Assembly: GCA_000002445.1 (NCBI GenBank)
Contig: CP000066.1
Location: 384,001 to 448,000 of the forward strand
DNA length: 64,000 nucleotides
Direction: 5' to 3'
DNA from: Trypanosoma brucei
Lineage: Eukaryota
Part shown: piece by piece, positions 33,775 through 44,319 of the stretch
Layout of the letters: each line of letters opens with the position of its first letter
Numbering within the stretch: position 1 is the first letter of the stretch
Position numbers and translations under genes: made by a program
Notes under the pieces: generated by a model
What the model was told of the DNA's origin: nothing
Seen by the model: the letters and a program-made list of their open reading frames with translations, nothing else
The model's database searches: none

Positions 33775-34083
33775 CTATTCGTTCTCCGACAAAACTTCTT
33801 TCATCCAACGATACGGCATATCTCCTTTCTTAATCTTTTCTTCAAATTCCTTCCGAATGGTACATGAGAGGTCCAAACCGTTGTGAATTTTATTCACGCA
33901 GCGGTCAAGACACGCCTTTTCACCAGGGTGATAAGGAATGGAGTCTTCTCCGTAATGCGTAATGCAGCGGCGCATGCAATAATTAAATCCTTCGTTGGAA
34001 ATTAACTGTTGTCGCTCCGCCAACACAACAACGTCGCGTTGGGCCATACCTGCAAGTTGCGGATTCGTTTGAGGTGGCTGCAT
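33775..34083 (-). CDS. Small Tim (Tim9/Tim10/Tim8-13 family) mitochondrial intermembrane-space chaperone (102 aa).
   Basis: The twin Cx3C motif is present as CMRRC ...17 aa... CLDRC. The size is ~11 kDa. Confidence 0.65.
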   Translation of the reverse strand: MQPPQTNPQLAGMAQRDVVVLAERQQLISNEGFNYCMRRCITHYGEDSIPYHPGEKACLDRCVNKIHNGLDLSCTIRKEFEEKIKKGDMPYRWMKEVLSENE

Positions 34084-34737
34084 ATCTGTATTTTTTATAT
34101 TTAAAAAAAAATGTGCTCAGAACTGTAACTAATTCAACCCGTGTCCCTAGAAGTATATAAAAGAAATGTGCGAGAGAGGGTTGTTTTTACAACTTTCCCC
34201 TCACGTCAACTGCTGCAACGGTCCAACTTCCTTCACTCTCGGGCAACAAATGGGCCAATTAAACAAATGTAAACAACACCTAAAGAAACACGCCAAAGAT
34301 AAATTTGCCCGTGAGCCGCCGTACACGAGCAACTGCAACAATAAGTTATGAAAGTGATATGGGTTTAAAAGAAGTATAGTAAAGCAAGAGATAGGATTTG
34401 TAACGGCAGCAGAAGTAATGATAAATAATAACATCAGCAGCGGAAATGACAGCAGTATTGACAACAATATTATGACAAGGGAAATAATAATAAATATGTC
34501 ACGAAAAAAGAAAAACAACAGTCCTACAACAACTAAACAATATGATGAAAGGGTTTGAGGGGGTTCACCAAAGGTAATAAAGGTCATCAAATGAAGTTCT
34601 ACCCTGTTTTGAGTGGCCAAAGAGCCTTCACCCTATCACTTGATATTCGGTACGCGTCGGTATGGGGTCAGAAATAAATAAATGAATAAACAAGCACTAA
34701 CAATAAGTTAAATCACAGAGGGAGTAGAGGAAAAAAA

Positions 34738-34738
<1 letters not shown>

Positions 34739-34780
<42 letters not shown>

Positions 34781-34790
34781 GAGCAATCCG
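34739..34790. repeat. (AG)n, about 25 units, microsatellite.
   Basis: Direct read: 'agagagaaagagagagagagagagagagagagagatagagagag'. Confidence 0.95.
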
Positions 34791-35236
34791 TGTCGCTTTA
34801 TCACTTTCCCTCTTTTTTCTTACCGCAACAAAAAGGCGTCATAAATCCGCAACAGGACGCTCACAAAGAGTAAAAGGAAAAAACACATAAACACACACAA
34901 GCATACAAGCGAGCAAACAGGTACAGAAGGGCAAAAAGAAAAAGATGCAGTGCCGCTTCCACCCACGCGTATATGTTAGCCAAAGAGAGGAAATAAAACC
35001 GATGTTGTTTTGGAGAGTCGCATAGGTGAAAAAGAAAACAAATTATCGGTAATATTGTGTACAAAGAGAAAGTCAAACTAATTACAAATTTGTCTTTTCG
35101 TGTCATTTCGTGACGCTCCGTTTCACTTACCCGATTCCCACTGCATCCACCGTTATCTTTTTTTTGTTTCACCTCTTCCTTAAACCTAATATTGACACAT
35201 GTGTATACCTTAATATATTTATATGTATATATTAAC

Positions 35237-35267
<31 letters not shown>

Positions 35268-35799
35268 CATATTTGTGAGGCATATATGGATGACATCTCA
35301 TGGGATGCCGTGCTCGGAGTGTCTTACAAATATGCAGCAAAAACGGAAGAAAAGTCGAAAGAGGAAACGAAGCAGTCACGAAGGTAAATAAAAATAAAAA
35401 GAAGAGCAAGCAACGGTCCCTCTTTTATTGGGAAGCCACAAAACACGCCGACACCCCCCCCCAAAAAAAAGCAACAACTTCAATCAACGGAAATCCTCAT
35501 TTCGTCCTGAAGTGGCGGCGCGACAGAGACCAAAGACGGTAACAAACGAAAGTGGACGAAGAGCTCGACAAAAAAATATATACACGTTTACATATATATA
35601 TATATATATATATGAATATATATGAACATACATATACAAACATACAAACAAACCCACTGGATTAATTCTGTAGTGACACAACTACCATGTGCTCACTTTT
35701 ATATCCTCTTCTTTATCCTTTACAAACATGCTGATACAATAATTCGCCTCTTGCCGCTGCAAGTGCGCGACAGTTATTCGGTATTCCCCCCTCCCTGTA

Positions 35800-37791
35800 C
35801 TAAACAGGTGAAGTAAAAAAAGGATGACTCAGCGCTTCCTCTGCCGTTATTCGCCTAAGCGGATCGTAGTCCAACATGCGTTCACAAAGATCAAGTAGTT
35901 TTGGAAAGGGCCCCAGAACCTCTCGGAGTTTTGGACGTGAGGCCACATAATAAATATCTTCTATTGTATCATTGTATCGACTCTGCTGAGATGATGATGC
36001 TGACGATGGAGGTGTTATACAATCGTTCGGATCTGGCCATGCCAATTTCATGGTGTGTTTATCAAAGAATTTATCAAAGCGAGACCCTAGAGAAAATACA
36101 CGCTCCACGATAGTCTTGTTCAAAACTTCATTATTTCTTCCCTGATCCCCTTTGTTCGATATTGCCCCCTCAACGGAGTCAAACGGGCCAATGATATGCT
36201 GCAGTAGCGCCAAGTGCTCAATATCACAGCGCGGCATAAACATACAGCTTCCAGTCACTAACTCCGGAATCATGCAACCAAGAGACCACATATCTGCAGA
36301 AGTTGTCCATCCAAGTCCAAGTAACACTTCTACGCTTCGATAATGTGTGGTGTGAATGCGGTGATAAAAGGCGGGTGTCACATTGTCCAATTTACTCACG
36401 GCAGTGCACTTGGAGAGAAACTCTGCGGAACCGACATCAATAACACGTACCGTATTAACAGCAGGAAGTGGAACGTCCACCTCTGCGAGCACCTCCTCTT
36501 GAATTGTCGGCTGTGCCGTTTCATAAGCCCTGCTTGAGTGCACATCTCCTTCATCGGGTGATTCGTATTTGTATTCAAACTTCTTAATCTTCATCCGGGT
36601 TGGAAGTGTGTCACTATATTCAAAAAGAACATTTTCCGGCTTCAGGTCGGTGTGCACAATACCCCGCTGGTGCGCGTGACGCAGGAAAAGAAGGATATTA
36701 TATACGACTGCACGAACCAACTCCAGCGGCATCCCTCTGTGAGTAACCTCAACCGACCTCTCCGACATCCCCCGGAGTTTCTCGAGAGCTCCAGTCCTGC
36801 AATCATCACTACCACTACTTCTGCTGCATGTACCGGAGCCGCTCTCACTTTGTTTTCCTTCCAACCCCTTTCCAACGGATCTGTTGAGTTCCTTACGAAT
36901 GCAGGCAAGTACCTCTAACAATGAAACACCAAGCACGGGGAGTACAATCGCGTGGTGGTTATAGTGCGGTATGAACTCTACAGGAGGATTAAAGCGTCCT
37001 ATTTTCCCTTGGTATGAAGTGGCGGCAGTCGCACACATATGCCTTAAATCTTCCAACAAACACTTTTCTGCCGTCCTGCCACTTCTCCTGCGTGCACTTA
37101 CAGCACTGTAAGTCCGTTCGCTACTACTGCTCCTTCCCATGCGCCGCCTCCCGCAGCTCTCCCCGGCGGGACGACTCAGGGCAAGAAGTACTTTTATCTC
37201 ATCCAAGCACGCGCGTCTGTACGTCCCCTCATCCCGAAATATTTTTAGCGCGTAGAGTTCACCGGTGCCGCGTTTACTACAGAGGGCCACCTTAGAAAAA
37301 GTTCCCTCACCAAGCGCCCGTATGAAAAAGTATTTTCCGTAAAGAACTAAATTTGGAGTGTGTCCTTCCAGCCTCGGCAGCGGCGAGGCCTCCAAGGGCA
37401 CAAGCGGGGGTAGCCTCCTGACCATCTGGTGCCTCTCTTGGCCTTGTGACGAGACAATGCCATAATCCACACAAATGAATGGTTCCTCATCATATTTAAA
37501 CCGCTCCGCGTATTCCTCGGTGAATTTTGGGTAATGCTTGTCCCGTGTTGATGTGGAACGGGAGCTGGAACTCCCACTGGAAGTGGAAGAGTGTGAACTG
37601 TATGAAGATGGGCTTGAGGATTCCGAGTTGGATGAACGCGTTAGATGCCGGGCCCTGCTATTACTGTCAAACCGCCAGTCCCTCCCTCCACTGCTGGTGT
37701 CACTGTCCCTATAACTTTCGTGCTCCTCATCACGCCGTCGTTTGTTGCAACCATCGTCGCATCTTCGCGTTGGTTGCATCCACTCTTCCAA
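35800..37791 (-). CDS. LAMMER/CLK-family (CMGC) dual-specificity protein kinase with a Ser-rich RS-like N-terminus (663 aa).
   Basis: The catalytic loop HTDLKPENVLF uses HTD instead of HRD, as in CLK kinases. EHLALLQHIIGPF is a LAMMER-like motif, DVGSAEF is DFG-like, and DMWSLGCMIPEL is present. The Gly-loop is LGEGTFSKV and the N-terminal run is SSNSESSSPSSYSSHSSTSSGSSSSRS. Large inserts lie between subdomains. Confidence 0.8.
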   Translation of the reverse strand: MEEWMQPTRRCDDGCNKRRRDEEHESYRDSDTSSGGRDWRFDSNSRARHLTRSSNSESSSPSSYSSHSSTSSGSSSSRSTSTRDKHYPKFTEEYAERFKYDEEPFICVDYGIVSSQGQERHQMVRRLPPLVPLEASPLPRLEGHTPNLVLYGKYFFIRALGEGTFSKVALCSKRGTGELYALKIFRDEGTYRRACLDEIKVLLALSRPAGESCGRRRMGRSSSSERTYSAVSARRRSGRTAEKCLLEDLRHMCATAATSYQGKIGRFNPPVEFIPHYNHHAIVLPVLGVSLLEVLACIRKELNRSVGKGLEGKQSESGSGTCSRSSGSDDCRTGALEKLRGMSERSVEVTHRGMPLELVRAVVYNILLFLRHAHQRGIVHTDLKPENVLFEYSDTLPTRMKIKKFEYKYESPDEGDVHSSRAYETAQPTIQEEVLAEVDVPLPAVNTVRVIDVGSAEFLSKCTAVSKLDNVTPAFYHRIHTTHYRSVEVLLGLGWTTSADMWSLGCMIPELVTGSCMFMPRCDIEHLALLQHIIGPFDSVEGAISNKGDQGRNNEVLNKTIVERVFSLGSRFDKFFDKHTMKLAWPDPNDCITPPSSASSSQQSRYNDTIEDIYYVASRPKLREVLGPFPKLLDLCERMLDYDPLRRITAEEALSHPFFTSPV

Positions 37792-38199
37792 GTGGATACG
37801 TGGATGGGCGCGTATACAAATATATATATATGCTTGAAATGTACACGCGCAAACAGTTAATGTTCCACCGAATTCAACTAATTCAATTTCCTTTCAACCA
37901 CTATTGTTGATCTTATACGCAACCAACTGTAAAGCAGTGCAAGGCGGGGGGAATAAAATGGTGCCCCTACGTGAGGAGGCACGGTGCCCGGCAGTCTCAC
38001 GCACGAGCTGCTGTGCTTAACCAAGCCACCAACCGTAAGGGGCGGACTGATACCCGAGTGTGACGGAGAAAGAAATAAAGAAAGTGAAAGCACCAAGGGA
38101 GACGAAGAGCATGACAGTCAGGTGCAAGGAAACGATATAAAGCTAACAATCCACATGCAAGAACACATTCATGTATACATAAACATTTATACGTGTCTT

Positions 38200-38202
<3 letters not shown>

Positions 38203-38258
<56 letters not shown>
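38203..38258. repeat. Compound (TA)18(TG)10 microsatellite.
   Basis: Direct read: 'atatat...atatgtgtgtgtgtgtgtgtgtg'. Confidence 0.95.
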
Positions 38259-38259
<1 letters not shown>

Positions 38260-39165
38260 CATTAGGAAAGGAGCAGTTCCAGCAGAAGTGTCTTACAATG
38301 GATACACACGTGCATACGCGTAAGAGAGATTCACCAAGGAAAAAGTGCGTAACCAAGATACGAACACATCATTTTTTTTTAGAATTTTCTTCGTGCCTTC
38401 GCACTTACGTTGGATTTGCATCGGTTTGAGTGCGGTCATATAAAGTCAAAGCTTTCAACGGTGTGAAAACACAGCGAAAGGAAAGAAGAGGGGCTGCACG
38501 AAGTAAAAAGAAAGAACAAACAAGTTGGACACCAACGCATGCGTAAGCAAAAAAACAAGCGAAATGCTGAGCAGTTTGGTGACATGCAAGAGGCACAACC
38601 TTTGCAACGGCGATAAAAAGAATGGGAAGTGACAGGAGAGGAGAAACGTAATAACGAAAACAACTAAAGAATGTGCGCCCTAGAAAACTGAGTTGGTGTC
38701 CGAGTGACGCATATGCTGGCCAATTCTCGGTCTTTCCCCCCCCCTATGGTACACGAGCTCTCACTCAGCAGGTAAAGTGGAGGGAGGGGGGAGAAATTTG
38801 CGTGAACACTCCCGCCGCATGTTCATGACGAGAGGAGCAACACTTTTCTTCCTCTCCTCCTTCTCCATTACTAACTTCTGTTGGCGCGTCTAGGTAAAAT
38901 GGAGGAAAAGCAAGGTACAGAAGGAAAAAGGAAGGAAAACTTCAGGTGCCTTACTAGTCGACTATGGTCTTCCCACCTTCGCGCAAATTGCATTGCAGTT
39001 GAATGAGTGACACAACATCTGTGCCGTCAAGTGATTCCCCCATCCATCTTCGCTTCAGTTCCCCTTCCCACTTTATGACGTGCATACGCACCGCTCCCAA
39101 CAGCCCCGTGCCAGACAAGCTTACCCTTCACATATTCATGGCGTTGACTGAGAAATCACTTCCGA

Positions 39166-42100
39166 TCAGTTCCCCGCACCTTCACAAAGAAGGCGTGCAG
39201 CGGGGTGGTACGTAGCATGCGCAGAGTTTGGCACGCGGCCTGAGGCGGAAAGCGCAGAACGGCGATGCTCGAAACTCTTGCAAGACTCCTCGTACCTTTT
39301 CAAGTCATCACGGTACTCTTTCATACGAGCGGATGCCGCGGCGGCCGCGGCCTTCACAGCTTCCGGTGAGTATGATGCAAGAGAGACACGTGCGATAGCC
39401 GCAGCAGCATACCCAAAGACAGACGTCTGCACATCGCACCTCATGGACGCAGGAAGTTCTGTGATGTCGCTGTTACTACCAGTGTTCAATTCACCCAGGA
39501 AAGATTCCGCTTGCCGCAGAGATGTGGTTGAAGATGAGGAATAGCGAAGGGATCTTATCATCGCTGCCTCCGACATACCCGATTTCCACCTTGAGGTGTC
39601 GACACCAGCTGGGCACAACCGCAATGCCATAGCGCTCACATGGAAGGCGTTGCACTGCACCAAACCTGATTGAAAGACATACGCGGTAAACTTCACAGCG
39701 TGGTTCTCATGTGGAAGAAGGAGGAAACTGTACGATGTTTTGCCAACAAAGGTCATTAACGTTGGTGACAATAGGGAAGGTGAGTCAGACCTGTCAATGC
39801 CGGCCGCCGGCATAGTTTTCGCTTTTAGCGTAACAAGAAGTACGTGCGCGGAGAGTGAGCGACAATGCACCGTAATTGGAATGAGTGCCGCATCTGGAAG
39901 TTCCTTGGTAGACTCCACGCTATGAGGTGCCTCCACGTGGTAAAGCAAAGCCGCTTGCCGTGGATGAAGCGAACGATTCTCCACTAGAGCTTCACAAAGT
40001 TCCTCTTGCTGCAACTCATAAGCCTTGCTGCTCAGTGGCCCACCCGAGATAAGATAACTGACAGGGTCTACGAAGTGGAACAGTTGTCCACACCTGCCTG
40101 AGCCGTCTTGCAGCATCCAAGCCACTGCTACACATATGGGAGTGAAGGGTTCGCCAATGGCCACTTGTGTCACAGGGTCTACACGTGGCACCTTCTGTTG
40201 ATCACCGTCTGGCCCCTTGTCTGCGTAGAAAACAAAACCATCGTTTGCAGCGATTTCACCGAGGGTTCCGGATCCGCGAATACTTGTTCGCATAAAGTAG
40301 GTGCTCATTGCCGATCCTATGACGCTGCTCGATATCTTTGACTCCACTTGAGCACACTTATCCGGGGATGGAAGGGTCACAGTGAGGGAAATGTACTCCT
40401 CTTCCGTAAATGCGGTTGGCTGGGCATCAGGAGCAGTATCAGCAACACCGTCACTACCAACAGCAGAACCTAAACCCGCCTTTCCTCTCGATAATGTAGC
40501 CTTATCTGCGACACTGAGTGGTAAACAAAACGATCCACCACTGGGCACAACCAATCCGGCGGCATCATTTTCAAGTAACGCGCCCGTGTGGATTGCCGCA
40601 ACGTACCACCGCGGTCTGTGAATCGCTGTCATCCGCACAACGCGTAGCGGCTGCTCAGCGGTATCTGAAACGTTTGCCACCGTCAGTTGCAAGGCAGACG
40701 TCGCTGAGGCCAAGTTAACTGGTTCCAGAACAAATGACGAGAGGATAATCGTCCGTTTAACTGCAATGAGTCGCACAAAACGATGGAGTCGCACATACGG
40801 CACCGTGGCGTTGGACGGAGTTGGGGATATAGGAGTCGCCTTCACGTCCTGCCGACCTGGAGTCGTTGGAGGCCCTCCCAGATATCCCACAAGCAAGAAA
40901 ATGTTGTTTCGACAGCGAGGAGAGGCTCCATGGCCAAGTTGGCCTCGAACTGTCAGCGAAATAGACACACTTTCTTTGGGATGTAGCACCTGGGCAACAT
41001 TGAAGGTTGCCTCGGCTTCGATATTTCGCTCCAAACCAAAATCTTCAAACCACAGCACTTGTGCGTTTGTTGCGCTACGCTGAAGTGTAACGTTGTGTGC
41101 TTCCGCATGTGTGCTATTATTTGTTACCACAACGAACGTGTGAAAATACTCTCCATCCCGCAAAACAGAAGGAAGCTCGGGTTCTAACCGCATGGTAACC
41201 CACGCCTGGGGTGGTCCAACAACAATTTCTATGTTTGCGGGTGACTCCACCTCCGGTGTTGCGTTGTTCATAGCGTGCTCAAGTAACAAGCCACCACCCA
41301 TACCAGCGACATATCCCCCAAGATTGTTAGAACTACTGGTGTTGCCTTCTGTGCTTGCAGCACCGCTAGCACCCTCAGTTGCAAAATAGTAATGGCCCAA
41401 CGAACTCATAACCTCCCAAGCAAAACCGACTATAACATAAGTTCCCTCGGCCTGTGGAGTAAAGTTGAGTGTTATAGTCCTAGAAGCCCCCGCCGCAAAC
41501 TCGATCGTCTGTGACTCAGAACTCCTACAGAGTTTTGCAGGTTCATCCCTCGAAACAAATAAAAGACACATATTTTCCACGGTAAGGTGGCTTCCAATAG
41601 GATTTCTCAGTTTGACACTAACCTGAAGTGACTCCTCTTGGTTCACCGTATAGCGACGCATGCTCTTCTTGCCACTCCCATCTCTCTTACTACTTTGTCG
41701 AAACTTCGACAATTCCGCACCCCACTGCCTTGTTCCTATCGGAGAACCCGTTAATTGGTCCTTGTAATGTGAGCGCAGTTTGTCCTCCACTTTCTGCCAT
41801 TCAGTTTCCACAGCCTCGCCACCCAACTGGCACTGCTGCTGTGTCGTTATCTCATCACAATGGTACTGATTGACGCTAATTCGAACCGTATTTTCTACAA
41901 TGGCAGGTACTACCATATGAGGGCAGACGCCAATTCCAAGTTCTCCCACCACCTCCTGCTGTTTCTCCAGAAAAGTCTTCAAACTGCTAAGTGCAGTTTT
42001 TGGGTTGCTGTATTTGGGAGTGCCAAGGAGAACAGCGACAGCCATCATCGCTATGGCGCGGACGGGATTCTCGAGTTGGTGATATAGTTGAGAGAGCCCC

Positions 42101-44061
42101 ATGAAGAGATGCTCACAGATGTGCGGCCAGCTTCCGCAGCGCCCGACGCTACCATACACAAATAATGCACGCAGGTAGCAGCGTAGGGCACTTTGAAACA
42201 TATCTTCGCTGCAGTACGCGTCTCCAGCAGCGATACAGTATTTCATGTAGGTACGCACGTGTGCATGCACAGGAAAATTATTAGGCAAAGATGCTTTTAT
42301 TCTCATTCCTGCACATTGCGGTGGATTTAAGAAGAGTGCATTAGCCGCCAGCAATTCTTGTAAAACGGCAATCTGGAGCTTGCTACGACCGACCATACCG
42401 CGATGTTGGACATGAAGCAACAGCGCTGTCGTACGGTCCACCAAGGGTGGCGTTCGCGTCCGACAGAACTCGTATAAGAGTAATGCCACCCGCAGGGAAT
42501 ACACATTCATTTCACACGCATCATAATCGTTCATTGCAACCTCTAATCGGCAATCACTGTTGTTTTTTGAGGATGTTCCGCCAGCCCTCCACGGCGTTAG
42601 GCTCGAAGGCAGCAGCCGCCCCTGAAGAAAATGACATATACCGATACCTTCCTGGGCTGCTGCAATCAGCGGTTTGTTAAATGCCCTCGTTTCGACAGTA
42701 GCAAGTGCTTCTGCACGACAGAGACGGTAGAAATTTGCCGCTGCATCATAATCCGCCAACGCAAGTGAGAGATCTGCCGCCCGACGCATCTGCATCTCCA
42801 GTGATCCTGCAAGATACATCGCACGAGAGTTGCCACGTGCGGCCACCCAACTCTCTGTTTTTGATTTATTAACCTCATTCTTGTTTCGAAACCATGCTGC
42901 CATCTTTCCAAGAGTTGTCGTCCGCCTCTCATTCACTGTTGTGTTGAGAGAACGTAGCTTCCGCTCAATGAAAGTAAAAAGACACTGTGAAAGATAGTGA
43001 TGCATAACGGCACGCAAGTCCCTTACATTTTCAGGACTCAAGTAACAACCAGTCACTTTCGCCGTGCCATCGGGCCACTTGCCAAACATTGCTTGAACGC
43101 GTGGGAAGAGCAATGGCTCTGCAGCAACACGACTACTGGCGCTATCGCCACCACCACCTGCACTCGCAGGTGAGCCGCTGCGGCTTTCAAGCTGCTGCGA
43201 ATAACGAACGGCGCGGCACGCTGTATCAGAGGGAACATCCATGAAGGATGGATTTGCATCGGTCCATACTGACGGGTCCATATTTTTCACATTTTGTGGG
43301 TTGCTAATGGAATTTAGCTTGACAAGCGCACAGTTCGCGTGTCCCAAGCTTGACTGCACAGCAGCAAACATCCGATTGACTTCGTCCATACCAGGGCCTT
43401 CAGTCACATCATGCAACAGCAAGAAATGACTATGCATTTCCTCCTCCATACAAGGCATGTTACGCCAAATCTCTCCAATTTCCTGTCCCCTCTTTAACTC
43501 ATTAAATTCCTTCAAAATACCCTCCACTCCCCCTGACGCGTTTGTACTGGCCGCATAAATAAACCCCACTGGGTGATCGGTTGTATCAAAGTGGCTACAA
43601 CGCACCGAATAGACGTAATTCTGAACGAACTGTCGGTGCCAATCGGGATGTGACCGCTCCAACAGAGTCGACCCGAGTTCTGCTGACACTCGAGTGTCAG
43701 TTAATACACCACCTCCTTTCTTCATTAAACATTGCAGTGCTCGATCAAGTTGCTCTCCAAGTGCCAGTTCCACTTCCGACTGACCACAGAGCAGGTCACG
43801 AAGATGATGTAAGAGAGTCGTTTCTCCCACCTCACGTACGCATTGGGCCCGAGTCAAGCGCACTCCAAAGTTACGCACAAGAGTGGCATCTGCACGATCT
43901 GTAAGACGGGCGAAAAGATCCCCATCATACACGGCAAAAGGGCGAATCATGTTAATTAAATCCATTCCATTTCGCCGGGCCGCTTCGTCTGCGGTTCGAC
44001 TGGCCAACACCACCACAACAGGGTGTCGATATCGGCTCTCCACCCATTGCCTGAGCTCCAT
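39166..44061 (-). CDS. TRAPP complex subunit 8 (TRAPPC8/Trs85)-like large protein (1631 aa).
   Basis: The N-terminal region HFLLLHDVTEGPGMDEVNRMFAAVQSSLGHANCALVKLNS aligns with the conserved TRAPPC8 block YYVLLHDVSAGDE...GCYLLKINS. A downstream TPR-like region ADLSLALADYDAAANFYRLCRAE matches TRAPPC8 ADLCFLVQHYDLAYSCYHTA. A giant ORF is consistent with this family. The assignment comes from motif recall only. Confidence 0.55.
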   Translation of the reverse strand: MELRQWVESRYRHPVVVVLASRTADEAARRNGMDLINMIRPFAVYDGDLFARLTDRADATLVRNFGVRLTRAQCVREVGETTLLHHLRDLLCGQSEVELALGEQLDRALQCLMKKGGGVLTDTRVSAELGSTLLERSHPDWHRQFVQNYVYSVRCSHFDTTDHPVGFIYAASTNASGGVEGILKEFNELKRGQEIGEIWRNMPCMEEEMHSHFLLLHDVTEGPGMDEVNRMFAAVQSSLGHANCALVKLNSISNPQNVKNMDPSVWTDANPSFMDVPSDTACRAVRYSQQLESRSGSPASAGGGGDSASSRVAAEPLLFPRVQAMFGKWPDGTAKVTGCYLSPENVRDLRAVMHHYLSQCLFTFIERKLRSLNTTVNERRTTTLGKMAAWFRNKNEVNKSKTESWVAARGNSRAMYLAGSLEMQMRRAADLSLALADYDAAANFYRLCRAEALATVETRAFNKPLIAAAQEGIGICHFLQGRLLPSSLTPWRAGGTSSKNNSDCRLEVAMNDYDACEMNVYSLRVALLLYEFCRTRTPPLVDRTTALLLHVQHRGMVGRSKLQIAVLQELLAANALFLNPPQCAGMRIKASLPNNFPVHAHVRTYMKYCIAAGDAYCSEDMFQSALRCYLRALFVYGSVGRCGSWPHICEHLFMGLSQLYHQLENPVRAIAMMAVAVLLGTPKYSNPKTALSSLKTFLEKQQEVVGELGIGVCPHMVVPAIVENTVRISVNQYHCDEITTQQQCQLGGEAVETEWQKVEDKLRSHYKDQLTGSPIGTRQWGAELSKFRQSSKRDGSGKKSMRRYTVNQEESLQVSVKLRNPIGSHLTVENMCLLFVSRDEPAKLCRSSESQTIEFAAGASRTITLNFTPQAEGTYVIVGFAWEVMSSLGHYYFATEGASGAASTEGNTSSSNNLGGYVAGMGGGLLLEHAMNNATPEVESPANIEIVVGPPQAWVTMRLEPELPSVLRDGEYFHTFVVVTNNSTHAEAHNVTLQRSATNAQVLWFEDFGLERNIEAEATFNVAQVLHPKESVSISLTVRGQLGHGASPRCRNNIFLLVGYLGGPPTTPGRQDVKATPISPTPSNATVPYVRLHRFVRLIAVKRTIILSSFVLEPVNLASATSALQLTVANVSDTAEQPLRVVRMTAIHRPRWYVAAIHTGALLENDAAGLVVPSGGSFCLPLSVADKATLSRGKAGLGSAVGSDGVADTAPDAQPTAFTEEEYISLTVTLPSPDKCAQVESKISSSVIGSAMSTYFMRTSIRGSGTLGEIAANDGFVFYADKGPDGDQQKVPRVDPVTQVAIGEPFTPICVAVAWMLQDGSGRCGQLFHFVDPVSYLISGGPLSSKAYELQQEELCEALVENRSLHPRQAALLYHVEAPHSVESTKELPDAALIPITVHCRSLSAHVLLVTLKAKTMPAAGIDRSDSPSLLSPTLMTFVGKTSYSFLLLPHENHAVKFTAYVFQSGLVQCNAFHVSAMALRLCPAGVDTSRWKSGMSEAAMIRSLRYSSSSTTSLRQAESFLGELNTGSNSDITELPASMRCDVQTSVFGYAAAAIARVSLASYSPEAVKAAAAAASARMKEYRDDLKRYEESCKSFEHRRSALSASGRVPNSAHATYHPAARLLCEGAGN

Positions 44062-44099
44062 GTGCCCTTTTCAAATATTTAATTCTTCTTCCTCCCCCT

Positions 44100-44283
44100 C
44101 TATAGCTTGTAAGTGTTAATGTCGCATTAAATAAATAAGTGTTTTTACACATGTGTCCGTTAACGTATGGGAAAGAATAGAGGGGGGGGGAAAAAAGCAA
44201 CAAGTCTACACAAGTAAGAGCCACAAGTAGATGAAAATCAGATAGACAAACAAATGCACACGTACACAAACACACACGCACAT

Positions 44284-44319
<36 letters not shown>

